A DNA stretch of 16,491 nt from an uncultured Acidobacteriota bacterium (GCA_963813155.1 CAWEYG010000007.1:1-16491), one strand, 5' to 3'. Shown: positions 1 through 9,776, counted from the first letter of the stretch. The notes: generated from the sequence alone by a model not told the origin. Numbers and translations are program-made.

Positions 1-4
1 CGGC

Positions 5-68
5 GGGTGAGGGGGCGCGATCCCCGGGGCTACCCCTCACCCCGACCCTCTCCCGCAAGGGGAGAGGG
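5..68. repeat. Short palindromic (REP-like) element
   Basis: GGGTGAGGGG (5-14) pairs with CCCCTCACCC (33-42); CCCTCTCCC (46-54) pairs with GGGAGAGGG (60-68). It resembles the widespread CCCTCACCCCnnCCCTCTCCC...GGGAGAGGG intergenic repeat, lies just 3' of the DUF1015 gene and is probably cut by the window edge. Confidence 0.7.
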
Positions 69-83
69 AGGAGGGTCGCATCC

Positions 84-1359
84 TCAGACGATCGAGTCTT
101 CCAGCGAAACCCCGAACAACCCCGAGATCATCTTCGGCTCGAAGAGCGTCGATTTCTGCGGCAGGAACGTCGCCCGCCGCAACGACTTCCTGCACGCTCG
201 CAATCGGAGTCGGGCGCAGCAAAACGGCCATCTGGGCTTCGCCGGATCTCGCCAGTTCGAGCGCCGCGCCTTCGTCTTTGGGAAACGACACGAACTCGCC
301 CCGCTCGATCTGCCCGGGGTCGATGCCCAGAACGGCCCGAAAGAAGGCGACTTCCAGTGCGGCAGGGTCCAGTCGGCGCCACGCCGCGCCCTTCTCCGGC
401 GGCCACGGAAGATTCGCCGCGTCGGGACGAAGCCGAAGGAGCGTCGGCGCCCCTCCGTTCGGGACGACGAGGAATCCGGTTTCGCTCCGCGGAAGCTGAT
501 CGAGGGCGCGCCGTGCGTCCTCGGCCGAGGGAAACTCCGTCGCGTCGAAAAACGCGGCGGCTTTCTTCCTCGACTCCGCGAAGGAAAAGCCGGGCAGGCC
601 GGAGACCGCGCGCGGAATCGCGAACGCCTCGAGGCCCGGCGACGCGACGTCCACGATCGCGCAGAGCTTGAACGCGGCCGTCGGCAGCTTCTCGGCTTCC
701 GGCGATTGGGAAAACCTCAGGGCCGTCTCGTAGCGGTGGTGGCCGTCCGCGATCAGCGAGCCGGCCGTCGAGAGGAGCCGCTGGAATCGAACGTGGTCCG
801 CGGGATCTTCCACGCGCCAGGCGTCGTGGCGGTAGCCCGCGAGGTCGCGGCACGAGAGCTGGGGCGCGCGGCGAGTCTGGAGGGCGTCTTCGAGAGGAGC
901 GCGCGACAGCAGGAACACCATCCCGAAGTCGGCATGCGAGGCGCGCAGGAGATTGAGCCGGTCCTCCTTCGCCTTCGCAAGCGTGCGCTCGTGGGGGCGG
1001 ATCGATCCGCCTTCGTAAGGCTCCACGCGAACGAGCCCCACGAGCGATCGCCGCGCCTTGACGGTGCCGTCCCGGCCGGGAAACACGACCTGGTGGATCC
1101 ACAGAGCGGCGGAGCGCTCGTGGTAGAGCACGCCGTCGGCGAGCCAGTCCTTCAGCTGCTGTGCCGCCTCGGCATAGAGGTCCCCGCCGTCGTCCTTCCG
1201 CGCGTCGAACCGCACGATGTTCTCCGGCGACCGGGCGTAGAGCTCCTCGCGGATCTTCGGGGTCACCCGGTCGTACGGCGGCGCCACGAGGTTGTCGAGC
1301 CCGCGCTCCTCGATGATGGCGGGGCTGTACCGGAGGGCGCGAAACGGATGCAGTTCCAT
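84..1359 (-). CDS. DUF1015 family protein (one frameshift near 166)
   Basis: N-terminus PFRALRY...APPYD, plus IRPHERT and LIADGHHRYETA motifs. The family C-terminus LPQKSTLFEPKMISGL...SIV* is in another frame after GAC GTT C CTG (about 166) and stops at 84-86. Confidence 0.88.
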
Positions 1360-1375
1360 CAGATCTTCGCTTCCA

Positions 1376-2038
1376 TCAGATCTTCACTCCCATTGCGAGT
1401 CCTTCCACGGTCGGCAGGAACGTCGCGACGAACTCGCCTCCGCCCGCGAGCTCGCGGTTGAAGAGGTCGAGGGCTCCGACGGATTCTGCGCTCCAGTTCG
1501 CGTCCGTTCCGAAGGCCGCGCGAAAAACGTTGTCCGCCAGGATCACGCCGCCCCGCCGCAGGTTCGCCGTCGACCATCGGAGGTAGTCGGGATACCCGAT
1601 TTTGTCCGCGTCGATGAAAACGAGGTCGAACGGCCCGTGCTTTTCGATCGACGGCAGGTTGTCGGCGGCCCGGCCGACGTGGACGTGAACGAGCTTCTCG
1701 ACGCTCGCCCGCGCAAAGGATTCCGTTGCGACCTTCGCGTGCTTCGGATCGAATTCGAACGTGTCGAGCCGCCCGCCGTGGGGGAGAGCCCGGGCGAGGC
1801 AGACCGCGGAGTAGCCCGCGAGCGTGCCGATTTCGACGATCTTCTTCGCCCCGGCGGCGAGCGCGATCGCGGTGAGGTGGCGGCCGTCGAGCCGCGCGAC
1901 CGCGATTTCCGGAAGGCCTTCCCGCGAGGCTCGCTGGCGGATCTCGGCGAGCACGGCGTCTTCCGGCCCGAAGAGAGAATCGAGGTAGCCCGCGACCGCC
2001 GGGTCGCTCTGGCCTATGCCGGCCGGGTCGTTTCCCAT
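1376..2038 (-). CDS. SAM-dependent O-methyltransferase (caffeoyl-CoA OMT-like, Methyltransf_3)
   Basis: [21 protein letters not shown] and GGVILADNV motifs. Start taken as ATG 2038 (MGNDPAG), overlapping the end of rph; exact start uncertain. Confidence 0.9.
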   Translation of the reverse strand: MGNDPAGIGQSDPAVAGYLDSLFGPEDAVLAEIRQRASREGLPEIAVARLDGRHLTAIALAAGAKKIVEIGTLAGYSAVCLARALPHGGRLDTFEFDPKHAKVATESFARASVEKLVHVHVGRAADNLPSIEKHGPFDLVFIDADKIGYPDYLRWSTANLRRGGVILADNVFRAAFGTDANWSAESVGALDLFNRELAGGGEFVATFLPTVEGLAMGVKI

Positions 2039-2811
2039 CCGGGTCTCCTGAAAAAGTTCTTCTCCGGGATCTTCAGGGGCGCGAGGATCGGCCCGAGGAC
2101 GCGCCACTGGGCGTCGAAGATGTCTTCGAGGCCTCGCGAAGCGAGAGAGAGCATCTCGTCGAGCTCCGGCTTGGAGAAAGGTTCCTGCTCCGCCGTCGTC
2201 TGGACTTCCACGAACTTGCCGGATGCCGTGCCGACGATGTTGGAATCGACCTGGGCCGTGGAGTCCTCCTCGTAGCAAAGGTCGAGCAGCGCCGTTCCGT
2301 TGCCGCGCCCGACGGAGACCGCGGCGAGCGTTTCGCGCATCGGCCAGTTCCGGAAGAAGTGGTTTCCCGCGACTTTCGCGAACGCGAGCGCCAGCGCGAC
2401 GCAGGCCCCGCTGATCGCCGCGCACCGCGTGCCGCCGTCCGCCTGAAGGACGTCGCAATCCAGAGTGAAGGTCCTCTCGCCAAAAGCCTTCAGGTCGACG
2501 ACGCTTCGCAGGGCCCGGCCGATGAGACGCTGGATCTCCAGGGTACGGCCTCCTTGCTTTCCGCGCGCGGCTTCGCGTGCGGAGCGGGTGTGGGTGGAGC
2601 GGGGGAGCATGCCGTATTCCGCCGTCACCCAGCCGGTCCCGGAATTCTTCAGGAACGGGGGGACCCTGTCCTCGATCGAAGCCGTGCACAGGACCTTCGT
2701 TTCTCCCTGGGTGATCAGCGCGGATCCCTCCGCGTAGCGGGACACTCCCGTCTCGATCGAGATTGGCCGCAGGTCCGCCGGCCCGCGGCCGTCGATCCGC
2801 GAGCCGCTCAA
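2014..2811 (-). CDS. rph: Ribonuclease PH
   Basis: RIDGR...[58 protein letters not shown] and [12 protein letters not shown] start overlaps the murI stop (TTGA). Confidence 0.96.
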   Translation of the reverse strand: MSGSRIDGRGPADLRPISIETGVSRYAEGSALITQGETKVLCTASIEDRVPPFLKNSGTGWVTAEYGMLPRSTHTRSAREAARGKQGGRTLEIQRLIGRALRSVVDLKAFGERTFTLDCDVLQADGGTRCAAISGACVALALAFAKVAGNHFFRNWPMRETLAAVSVGRGNGTALLDLCYEEDSTAQVDSNIVGTASGKFVEVQTTAEQEPFSKPELDEMLSLASRGLEDIFDAQWRVLGPILAPLKIPEKNFFRRPGWETTRPA

Positions 2812-3607
2812 CCGGTGATCTCCACGTGCTCGAGACGGTCGAGGGGACGGCCGAGAAACCTCTCCGCGACGAGCCGAAACCTTTCCGCGCTGTCGGTCAC
2901 GCAGACATGGTATTCCGAATCGGCCTCGTTTCGATGTGCCGGCGTCAACAGCGCGCCGACCGCCTCGCAGACGGCCTCCGCCGAGTCGACGAGCGCGACA
3001 CCGGGCAGCGTCGCCGCGATCGTCGCCTTCAGCAGCGGATAGTGCGTGCAGCCGAGCACGAGGGCGTCGATTTTCTCCTCGCGAAACGGGGAAAGGTAGA
3101 TCTCGGCGGCCCTTTCGCAACGTCGTTGTCGGTCCAGCCCTCTTCCGCGAGCGGGACGAACAGCGGGCACGCGCGCGAGATGACCTCGAGCCGCGGGTTG
3201 TGCCGCCGGATCGCGTCCCTGTAAGCGCCGGAAGCGATCGTCGCTTCTGTACCGATCACCCCGATCACGCCGCCGTGCCCTCGGCTCGCGCGCGCGGCCG
3301 TCTCCGCGCCCGGTTCGACGACGCCGACGACCGGCACGGGCGAAAAGCTCTCGATCGACGGCAGCGCGAGGGCAGATGCCGTGTTGCAGGCGACGACGAG
3401 CATCTTGACGTCGCGCGACAGCAAAAAGCGGATGTTCGCGAGCGAGTACCGCTCGACTGTCTGGGGCGACTTCGTCCCGTACGGCAGGCGCGCCGTGTCC
3501 CCGAGGAAGAGGAACGACTCGCGCGGAAATTCCTCGGCGAGCTTCCGGGCGACCGTGAGGCCGCCGACCCCCGAATCGAAGATTCCGATCGGTCTCGAGT
3601 CGCTCAT
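2808..3607 (-). CDS. murI: Glutamate racemase (one frameshift near 3114)
   Basis: [26 protein letters not shown] and VVACNTAS are in ORF 3029-3844; [11 protein letters not shown] is in ORF 2808-3170. Adding one A to GCG AAA (A)GG GCC joins them as DVAKRAAEIYL. Confidence 0.95.
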
Positions 3608-4263
3608 GGCGTCGCCGGTGGCGGTGCCGGTGCTGGTACGGGCGCCGGCGCCGGCACCGCGCCCACGACGTCGGGCATCGCCGGGAGCGGCCGGCTCACG
3701 TCGACGTGCCCGGCGAGCGTCTCGACCGGGTTGCCGTTGACGAGGATGCGGACGCGGTCCGTCTGGGCGAGGTTCTGCAGAAGCGTGTCGACGATCGCGC
3801 CGACGGCCGCGAGCTCGTCGCTCGAGCCGGCCGACCGGGCCCATTCCGAATCGACGTTGAAGTCGACGACAACCTGCCCGTTTCCGGGCACGAAGACGTT
3901 GCGAACGGAAAACTTCTCCGGCAGCGCGGTCACGAGCAGCGGATTTTTCGGGCCCGAGATCTCCTCCCGCATGAGCTCGCGGGCGAACCCGACCGCGTCG
4001 GCGGGCTTCTCCACGTCGCGCTCCTCCGGGCGAAGCAGGCCGTCTTCGCGCAGCGGAAAGAAAAGCGTGACGCGGATCTTCTCCGCGGGCGGGGGAGTCG
4101 GGCTGCCGGGCCCGAGTTTCAGCGGGGCCGATTCCCGCGGCCGGACGACCGGGCCTTCCCCCCGCCGCAGGCGAATCGAGCCCTCCCTCTTCGCGACCGC
4201 GAAGAGGAGAAAAACCGCGGCGGAGGCCGCGGCGATCACGCCCCAGGCCATTTTCTTCGTCAC
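3604..4263 (-). CDS. GerMN domain-containing membrane-anchored protein
   Basis: N-terminal hydrophobic segment, VTLFFP, GSSDELAAVGAIVDTL and VRILVNGNPVETLAGHVD. GTG start overlaps the amidase stop (GTGA). Typical position between amidase and murI. Confidence 0.85.
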   Translation of the reverse strand: MTKKMAWGVIAAASAAVFLLFAVAKREGSIRLRRGEGPVVRPRESAPLKLGPGSPTPPPAEKIRVTLFFPLREDGLLRPEERDVEKPADAVGFARELMREEISGPKNPLLVTALPEKFSVRNVFVPGNGQVVVDFNVDSEWARSAGSSDELAAVGAIVDTLLQNLAQTDRVRILVNGNPVETLAGHVDVSRPLPAMPDVVGAVPAPAPVPAPAPPPATP

Positions 4264-5714
4264 GGCGAGGAGGTCGGCGCGGCCGGGTGAACTCTCAGGT
4301 ACGAGGAAACCGCCCGGGCGATCGCTTCCGCGACGCTCTGGCGAAACTCCGCCGTCGCGAGCTTCTTCGCTTCTTCCGGGTTCGACAGGAATCCGGCCTC
4401 GACGAGGACGGCCGGCATCGAGGCTCCGACGAGAACGCGAAACGGCGCCTGCTTGATGCCGCGGTTCTCGGTGTGCAGAAGACTGTTCAATTCGTTCTGG
4501 ATCGATTCGGCGAGCGCGGCCGATTCCTTCAGGTGGGCCGATTGCGCCATGTCCCACAGGATGAAATCGAGCTCCGGCGGGGCCGCGGACGGCGCCGCCG
4601 CCGCCTTTCCGTCGGACGCGTTTTCCTGGTTCGCGACGGCGTCGGCGAGCTTGTCGGAGCCGGCCAGCGAAAGGTAGTACGTCTCCGAGCCGTGCGCCCC
4701 GGTCGCCCTCGACGAGTTCGCGTGGATCGACAGGAAGACGGCCGCCTTCTCGTGGTTCGCGATCGCGGCCCGCTCGTCCAGCGCAACGAGCGTGTCGCTC
4801 GTGCGGGTGAGGACGCAGCGCACGCCGGCTTCCTTCGCGAGGAGCGCGGAGAGACGTCCCGCGATGTCCAGCGTGATGTCCTTCTCGAAGACGTTTCCCG
4901 GCCCGATCGCCCCGGTCTCCTCGCCGCCGTGGCCGGCGTCGATCACGACCGTGCGCGTGGGCGGCGCGACGTTGGGCGCCGGCAGCGGCGCGGCTTTCGA
5001 CGCGGCGCCGGCCTCCGCCTTCGTGATCTCGACGATCACCCGGTCGGGGGCCTTCAGCGCGTACGGCGAGAACGCGAGGTTCGATTCGCGAAGCGTCAGC
5101 GTCGCGGCATTGCCGGAAAAGCGGATCTTCGAGACAAACGGGTCGTCGAACGTCCGTTCGCCGAACGCGGCGGCGACGGGCGACTTGAACGTGACCGTGT
5201 AGCCGTCCTTCGTCGGAAACGCCTCGAACGGAACGGGAGAGCTCTCCTGGAAGATGACCTGGGTCATCCGGTTCAGGTGGACGACGCCGGCGTCGACGTT
5301 TGCGGCCGCCGCGCTGCCGGTCCGCGTCCGGATCGTCTTCGCGGCTCGGTCGTATTCGGCCGCGAGGCCAGCGGCGGAGAGCACTGTCTTCTCGAAGAAT
5401 TCCCACGGGGCGTAGAGGATTCCTGCGAACACGCGGGTCGGGTGCGCGAGCATCACGACGCGGTCGTCGAAGGCGACTGTTGCGACTCCGTCCGCCGCGA
5501 CGATACGGTGGCCCGACATCTCGACGACGAGCGAAGCGCCGGGCTGGGGGCGCGACGTTCCCCCGAGCGCGGCGACAACGTCCGGAACGGCCAGGAGAGT
5601 CCCGTTTTCCGCGGCCGAAATCGGAACGGCGCGGCCCGCGACCGACAGCGTCACCGTGGAAGGCTCGGGGGCGACGACCGCGAGCAAAAACGCCAGAATT
5701 TGCGCGAGAGGCAC
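4260..5714 (-). CDS. N-acetylmuramoyl-L-alanine amidase (Amidase_3, AmiC-like)
   Basis: VVIDAGHGGEETGA, EKDITL, LTR, FLSIHANS, GSETY and PAVLVEAGFLSNPEE. A signal-peptide-like start at GTG 5714 is preferred to 5792, which lies inside the repeat. Confidence 0.92.
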   Translation of the reverse strand: MPLAQILAFLLAVVAPEPSTVTLSVAGRAVPISAAENGTLLAVPDVVAALGGTSRPQPGASLVVEMSGHRIVAADGVATVAFDDRVVMLAHPTRVFAGILYAPWEFFEKTVLSAAGLAAEYDRAAKTIRTRTGSAAAANVDAGVVHLNRMTQVIFQESSPVPFEAFPTKDGYTVTFKSPVAAAFGERTFDDPFVSKIRFSGNAATLTLRESNLAFSPYALKAPDRVIVEITKAEAGAASKAAPLPAPNVAPPTRTVVIDAGHGGEETGAIGPGNVFEKDITLDIAGRLSALLAKEAGVRCVLTRTSDTLVALDERAAIANHEKAAVFLSIHANSSRATGAHGSETYYLSLAGSDKLADAVANQENASDGKAAAAPSAAPPELDFILWDMAQSAHLKESAALAESIQNELNSLLHTENRGIKQAPFRVLVGASMPAVLVEAGFLSNPEEAKKLATAEFRQSVAEAIARAVSSYLRVHPAAPTSSP

Positions 5715-5719
5715 AGCGC

Positions 5720-5725
5720 ATTCTA
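5720..5725 (-). promoter_or_regulatory. Putative -10 box (TAGAAT) of the amidase operon
   Basis: TAGAAT lies 5 nt upstream of GTG 5714, leaving no room for a Shine-Dalgarno. Confidence 0.45.
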
Positions 5726-5772
5726 GCGCAGGGACAGGGGAAAGCTCGCCCTCCAGCGTGTCGAGCCCGTTG

Positions 5773-6262
5773 CCGCGGGGCTCGGCACTCATCCGCTGGC
5801 ACGGCGCGGTCGATCAGAATGGAATCGATCCCCCGCGCCTCTAGCGATCGGCGCGACATCTCGCGTCTCAACCGACAACGGGGTTCTTCTTGCGCCTCAC
5901 TCATGGCCTGCGGACGAGCGCCTGCGCCCCGCGTCTAGCCCCACGCCACCCATGCGGCCTACGCTCGAGGGATGGGGCTCCACCCCCTGAGCGAAGGTCC
6001 GCGAGGTCGGGCCAAGCGCGCTTTGGTGCGAGCGTCGAGAGGGCAGCGAAGGGCGGCGTGCGAAGGCGGGAAGGGTGGCATGGGAGGAGACCCCCTTTTG
6101 CCGCTCGCGGCGCGGAGTCGTAGCAAAGTCCTCACATTCGCAGCGAGCGGAAAAGCGGGGCGAGTCCCATGACAGGCCCCTCGCCGGCCGAGCAGTCTCT
6201 CCGTCGCTAAAGCACGGCATCGACGCTCGCTCGCCGGGCCTGGGGCTGAAACCTCGCGGACC
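5773..6262 (-). repeat. Structured palindromic interspersed repeat, copy A (most complete)
   Basis: 5773-5935 is the reverse complement of 10316-10478 (ungapped, 17 mismatches in 163 nt by hand count). About 6070-6190 is the reverse complement of about 14990-15105. It contains two long imperfect hairpins (5774-5933 and 5996-6262). Confidence 0.85.
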
Positions 6263-6289
6263 GAGCGAAGCCCTTAACTTTGCGCGGCG

Positions 6290-6298
6290 TGATAAAAT
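6290..6298 (+). promoter_or_regulatory. Extended -10 promoter of ssrA (TGaTAAAAT)
   Basis: TGnTAAAAT ends 16 nt before the mature tmRNA 5' end. Confidence 0.55.
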
Positions 6299-6314
6299 GA
6301 TCTTCGATCTTTGA

Positions 6315-6673
6315 GGGGGCGAAACGGTTTCGACGGGGATGCCTGGTCGGAACGTCGCATGCCGAGGTTCACTCGCCTCGTAAAAAAGGGTGAAAAAAAT
6401 AGTTGCGAACAGCAACCTCGCACTGGCTGCCTAATTTAGTTTAGCGTCAGCCACGTCCTTCCCGGAGCGCGCCCGCCGCGCTGGAAAAGGGCGCCGCAAA
6501 TGTGGGCTCATCCGGCAGGGTCCCCCGGCCCTGCAGGAGACATCAATTCGGGGTAGGTTCGGCGCGTTTGGTTCCTCTTTGAGCGCCGGATCGAGATGAA
6601 AGAGGAACTGAGCATGGAGTGGCGCTTCGATTCACTTCTTCGGACGCGGGTTCGACTCCCGCCGCCTCCACCA
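6315..6673 (+). ncRNA. ssrA: Transfer-messenger RNA
   Basis: 5' GGGGGCGAAACGGTTTCGACGGGG; 3' GACGCGGGTTCGACTCCCGCCGCCTCCACCA (T-arm, alanyl acceptor stem with G3-U, CCA). Tag frame 6405-6434 encodes ANSNLALAA*. Confidence 0.97.
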
Positions 6674-6872
6674 AATTTCGCTCCACTTCGTTACGCTGGC
6701 GCTTCGCGCGTCCCTGATTTTCAGCGAGTAGATTCGAACAAGACTCGGACAATCGTCGTAAGGCGAATTGCCAACGTATTGAATTCATTGCGTCGTTTGA
6801 GATTTGTTTCCCGAACTCCGCTTTCATGCGCTGTACATCTCGGAGTGGACAGAATGGGAGGGTGGATGGATA

Positions 6873-8138
6873 GTGAGAACCGCTCGCGTCCTGCTGACTG
6901 CCGCGATCTTCCTCGCGGGGGCCGGGGTCGCCATCCTGCGTCATCGGACACTGATCGCGGCCCGGGATCAGAAGCGCCTCGCCGCGGCAAGGGAAGGAGC
7001 GGCGAAGTTCGAGCGCCGCCAACTTGTCGGAAGGGAGCTTCGCAATGCCGGGTCTGCTGCGCAGCCGTTGGACTTCGCCCTGCGAACTCCGCCCTCGTCC
7101 GTCTTTCTTCCGAATGAAGAGAAACTCCACGCTCTGGCTGTTCCCGGAACGCGCGCCGTGCGCGTGGGTGACAAGGTCATTCAGCTCGTGGAGCTTCGCG
7201 GCTGGCTGCGATTCATCGATTCCGCCTGCAAGGCGAGCGACCCCGCCTGGTATTACCTGCTCGAACCGGATCTGGCCTGGAGCGACACAGTGGGCCTGCG
7301 GCCGAGCGACATCCTGCGGGTCGGCAACATTGCCGGCCTCGGAGATCGCCGTGGGGGAACTTCGCCGTGGCAAATCGAAAGTCGACCCCTCATCCGGATC
7401 GAATTCGGAGGCTGGGACGAACAGAAGCTTCGGGGTTCACCGCCCGAGGACTGGCGAGCCCGGGGTGCCTTCGGATGTCCCAACGTCTCCTTTGCTTTTG
7501 ACCCGCTTCATCCGGTTCCCGGGGGGCCGCGGCTTGCGCCGGGTCAGTACATCCGAGTCGTCGGATCGCTCGTTACCGACGCTCCCCACGCAACGAAGGC
7601 CACCGCCGGCGTGTGGCTCGTCCGAAATTTCGGCCTCGCGGTAGACCCGGAACACGTCATTCATGCCTGCGAGAGCGCATGGAGCGAAGGGGGAGAGGAA
7701 AACCCGGGCAACCCTGCCCGCTGGACGGAGATCCATCCTCCCGACCTGATCAAGCCTCTTCCGGCTCAGGAACCGTCGGAAGCGGTGATCGGCGTCGCCA
7801 TCTCCGGACCGGACGCGGCCCTTTCCGGACCGGCAGAGCCGATGGAGTTCTCGCTCGCGCCCCCCGGACCGCGCCCGGCCTGGGCTCGAGGTATCCGAGT
7901 TGTGGAAACGATTCTCCATGCCTGCCGAGAATCCGCCTTCGCGCGTTGCCTGGCTGCGTGCCACCTCGCGGAATACAAAAACCTGATCTCTGTTCGAATC
8001 GACCCGGAGTCGGCGAGTGCAGACAGGTTTGCGGCAATCTTTCGAGTCTCCTGGAGCCCCGAGGCGGATTCCTGGCTGGTCGAGAGGCCGGCAAACGCCC
8101 GGGATCCGTCCTCGCACCCCAAACCGGTCGGCCTATGA
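6873..8138 (+). CDS. Hypothetical membrane-anchored or secreted protein
   Basis: Long ORF; GTG 6873 follows a purine-rich SD-like tract and starts a hydrophobic segment. Contains GQYIRVVGSLVTDAPH...WTEIHPPD. Stop overlaps the next ATG (ATGA). Confidence 0.7.
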   Translation: MRTARVLLTAAIFLAGAGVAILRHRTLIAARDQKRLAAAREGAAKFERRQLVGRELRNAGSAAQPLDFALRTPPSSVFLPNEEKLHALAVPGTRAVRVGDKVIQLVELRGWLRFIDSACKASDPAWYYLLEPDLAWSDTVGLRPSDILRVGNIAGLGDRRGGTSPWQIESRPLIRIEFGGWDEQKLRGSPPEDWRARGAFGCPNVSFAFDPLHPVPGGPRLAPGQYIRVVGSLVTDAPHATKATAGVWLVRNFGLAVDPEHVIHACESAWSEGGEENPGNPARWTEIHPPDLIKPLPAQEPSEAVIGVAISGPDAALSGPAEPMEFSLAPPGPRPAWARGIRVVETILHACRESAFARCLAACHLAEYKNLISVRIDPESASADRFAAIFRVSWSPEADSWLVERPANARDPSSHPKPVGL

Positions 8139-9337
8139 GCCGTGACCCGCCTCGTTCTTCGCGGATCTCGATGCGCGCGGCGAGAGCTCTCTGGGTCCTG
8201 CTCGGCATCGCCGCGAGCGTCCATGTGCTCGTATCACCGGAACGACACAATCTGTGGCCGGTCTTTCGGAAGGGAGCGCTGGGTTGGTGGGGCGGGCGGA
8301 TCCTCTACGAGGGCACGGATTACTTCCGTTATAGCCCCGTCTTCGCGGCGCTGCTCGCGCCCTTTGCGGCGCTCCCCGGGTCGCTCGGGAACATTCTCTT
8401 CGATGTCCTGGGCCTCGGGCTTCTGTTCCACGCAATCCGCCGGCTCGCGCGCACGGTGTTTCCGGAACCGGTTCTGTGTCGAAACGAACCCGCGGTGCTC
8501 GCGCTGAGCCTTGTGGGCGTCGTTCGTTCGATATGGTCGTCGCAAGCGCACACCTGGACCGCGGCGGTCATTTTTCTGGCCGCCGTCGCCCTCGTGGAGC
8601 GACGGTGGTGGTTGGCGGCCTTCCTCCTGGCGCTCGGCGTGCATCTCAAGCTCGCTCCGATCGTGCTGGCCGGTGTCGTCGCGGTCCTCTGGCCCAGGAA
8701 GATGAGCTGGCGATTCGCCATCGCTCTCGTCACGCTCGCGCTGTTGCCATTCTTCAACGGGCAACCCGGGGCGGTCGTCGGAATGTACCGGGATTGTCAG
8801 GCGCGGTTGCAGGAGTTGACGGCCCTGCGATTGCCCGGTGTGCGGGATGTCCTGCATGTCTTCGAATCCCTCAACGTCGCGCTGCCGCTCGGCGCCTATC
8901 GGGCGATTCAAGCGCTTGGCGGACTCCTCGTCGTCGGCTGGGCCTGGCGGCTGCAACGGCGGGAGGTGCCTGCGGAGTGGCTGGTGAGCGGCTGCTTCGC
9001 GGTAACGATCGTTTACATGCTCGCGTTGGGGCCGGCCGTCGAGTTCGTGCAGTACCCGCTCCTCGCACCCTGGGTCAGCGCGGCGATGCTCGCCGCAAGG
9101 CCTCGATCAGGGGAGCGCCGCGCCCTCGCCATCCTCTACGCGATGACGATGGTCGCCGGATTTGGAGCGGTGGAGGATCTGCTCGGCAAGCTGATCCGCT
9201 CGAAGGCTTCGGAATCGTTGATCACGCTGGGTGCGATCGCGTTTGGCGTTTGGGTCGTTCTGAAATGGAGGCGTGCGGCCCCCTCCCGTGACGCGAAGGC
9301 CTTCGGAGAAATAGAAAGGGCTTTCGCGAAGACATGA
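8135..9337 (+). CDS. Glycosyltransferase family 87 (DUF2029, GT-C fold) membrane protein
   Basis: LYEGTDYFRYSPVFAALLAPFAALP, a Q motif, LALGVHLKLAP and multiple TM helices. ATGA overlaps at both ends. Confidence 0.82.
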   Translation: MSRDPPRSSRISMRAARALWVLLGIAASVHVLVSPERHNLWPVFRKGALGWWGGRILYEGTDYFRYSPVFAALLAPFAALPGSLGNILFDVLGLGLLFHAIRRLARTVFPEPVLCRNEPAVLALSLVGVVRSIWSSQAHTWTAAVIFLAAVALVERRWWLAAFLLALGVHLKLAPIVLAGVVAVLWPRKMSWRFAIALVTLALLPFFNGQPGAVVGMYRDCQARLQELTALRLPGVRDVLHVFESLNVALPLGAYRAIQALGGLLVVGWAWRLQRREVPAEWLVSGCFAVTIVYMLALGPAVEFVQYPLLAPWVSAAMLAARPRSGERRALAILYAMTMVAGFGAVEDLLGKLIRSKASESLITLGAIAFGVWVVLKWRRAAPSRDAKAFGEIERAFAKT

Positions 9338-9666
9338 AAACGAGGCTCGTGGTCGTCGTCGTGCTCGCTGTCCTGGCGGGGACATGGGCGTTCCTTCGAA
9401 CTCGGGAAGCGCCCGTGGCGCGGAAGGAAACGCGCCCGGTGACGATTGCGACAGATCTCTCCGTCGTCGCGGGTTGCAGGATGGTGAGAAGAGTCAATCT
9501 TTCCGGCAGAATTGGGACGAATGGAGTCGCGAAAGACGAGGCGGATCGTAACGCCAACCTCGAAGCGATCGCCGCGGATGCCGGCGGCGACACCGTGCTG
9601 ATTCTCGAGAGAACACCGAACTTCGTTCGAGGGGCGATCTATCGATGCGAAGACCCGGCGCCCTAA
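9334..9666 (+). CDS. Small exported protein, DUF4156-like
   Basis: Signal or anchor segment and the pattern GC...AADAGGDTVLI...GAIYRC with two Cys. Confidence 0.6.
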   Translation: MKTRLVVVVVLAVLAGTWAFLRTREAPVARKETRPVTIATDLSVVAGCRMVRRVNLSGRIGTNGVAKDEADRNANLEAIAADAGGDTVLILERTPNFVRGAIYRCEDPAP

Positions 9667-9726
9667 GCCCCGCCCGGGGTCGCGCCGCGTCCTCGCCAAG
9701 CGAACTTCGCGCGACGGCCGGCTGGT

Positions 9727-9770
9727 AGTGGGATATCCCACTTGACTCATATCCCACTCAGCGCGAGAAT
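9727..9770 (+). promoter_or_regulatory. TA promoter with palindromic operator
   Basis: Perfect 16-bp palindrome AGTGGGATATCCCACT (9727-9742) and an extra half-site ATATCCCACT (9749-9758). TTGACT-17-GAGAAT ends 6 nt before ATG 9777. Confidence 0.7.
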
Positions 9771-9776
9771 CGCTTC

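Noticed and set aside
3604-5904. 766-aa ORF as a single protein
   Set aside because: Only the last 220 codons (GerMN) are protein-like; the rest overlaps the amidase out of frame.
7-5938. Long plus-strand ORFs (7-1461, 1292-2275, 2936-4456, 4287-5726, 5300-5938)
   Set aside because: They are antisense shadows of recognisable minus-strand genes in high-GC DNA, Arg/Gly-rich and without motifs.
6640-6800. Prophage or integrative element att site at the ssrA 3' end
   Set aside because: No integrase and no duplicate of the ssrA 3' end were seen in the window; they could lie beyond it.
5897-7117. ORFs overlapping tmRNA (5897-6415, 6543-7373, 6596-7117)
   Set aside because: They overlap ssrA and the repeat and show no protein motifs.
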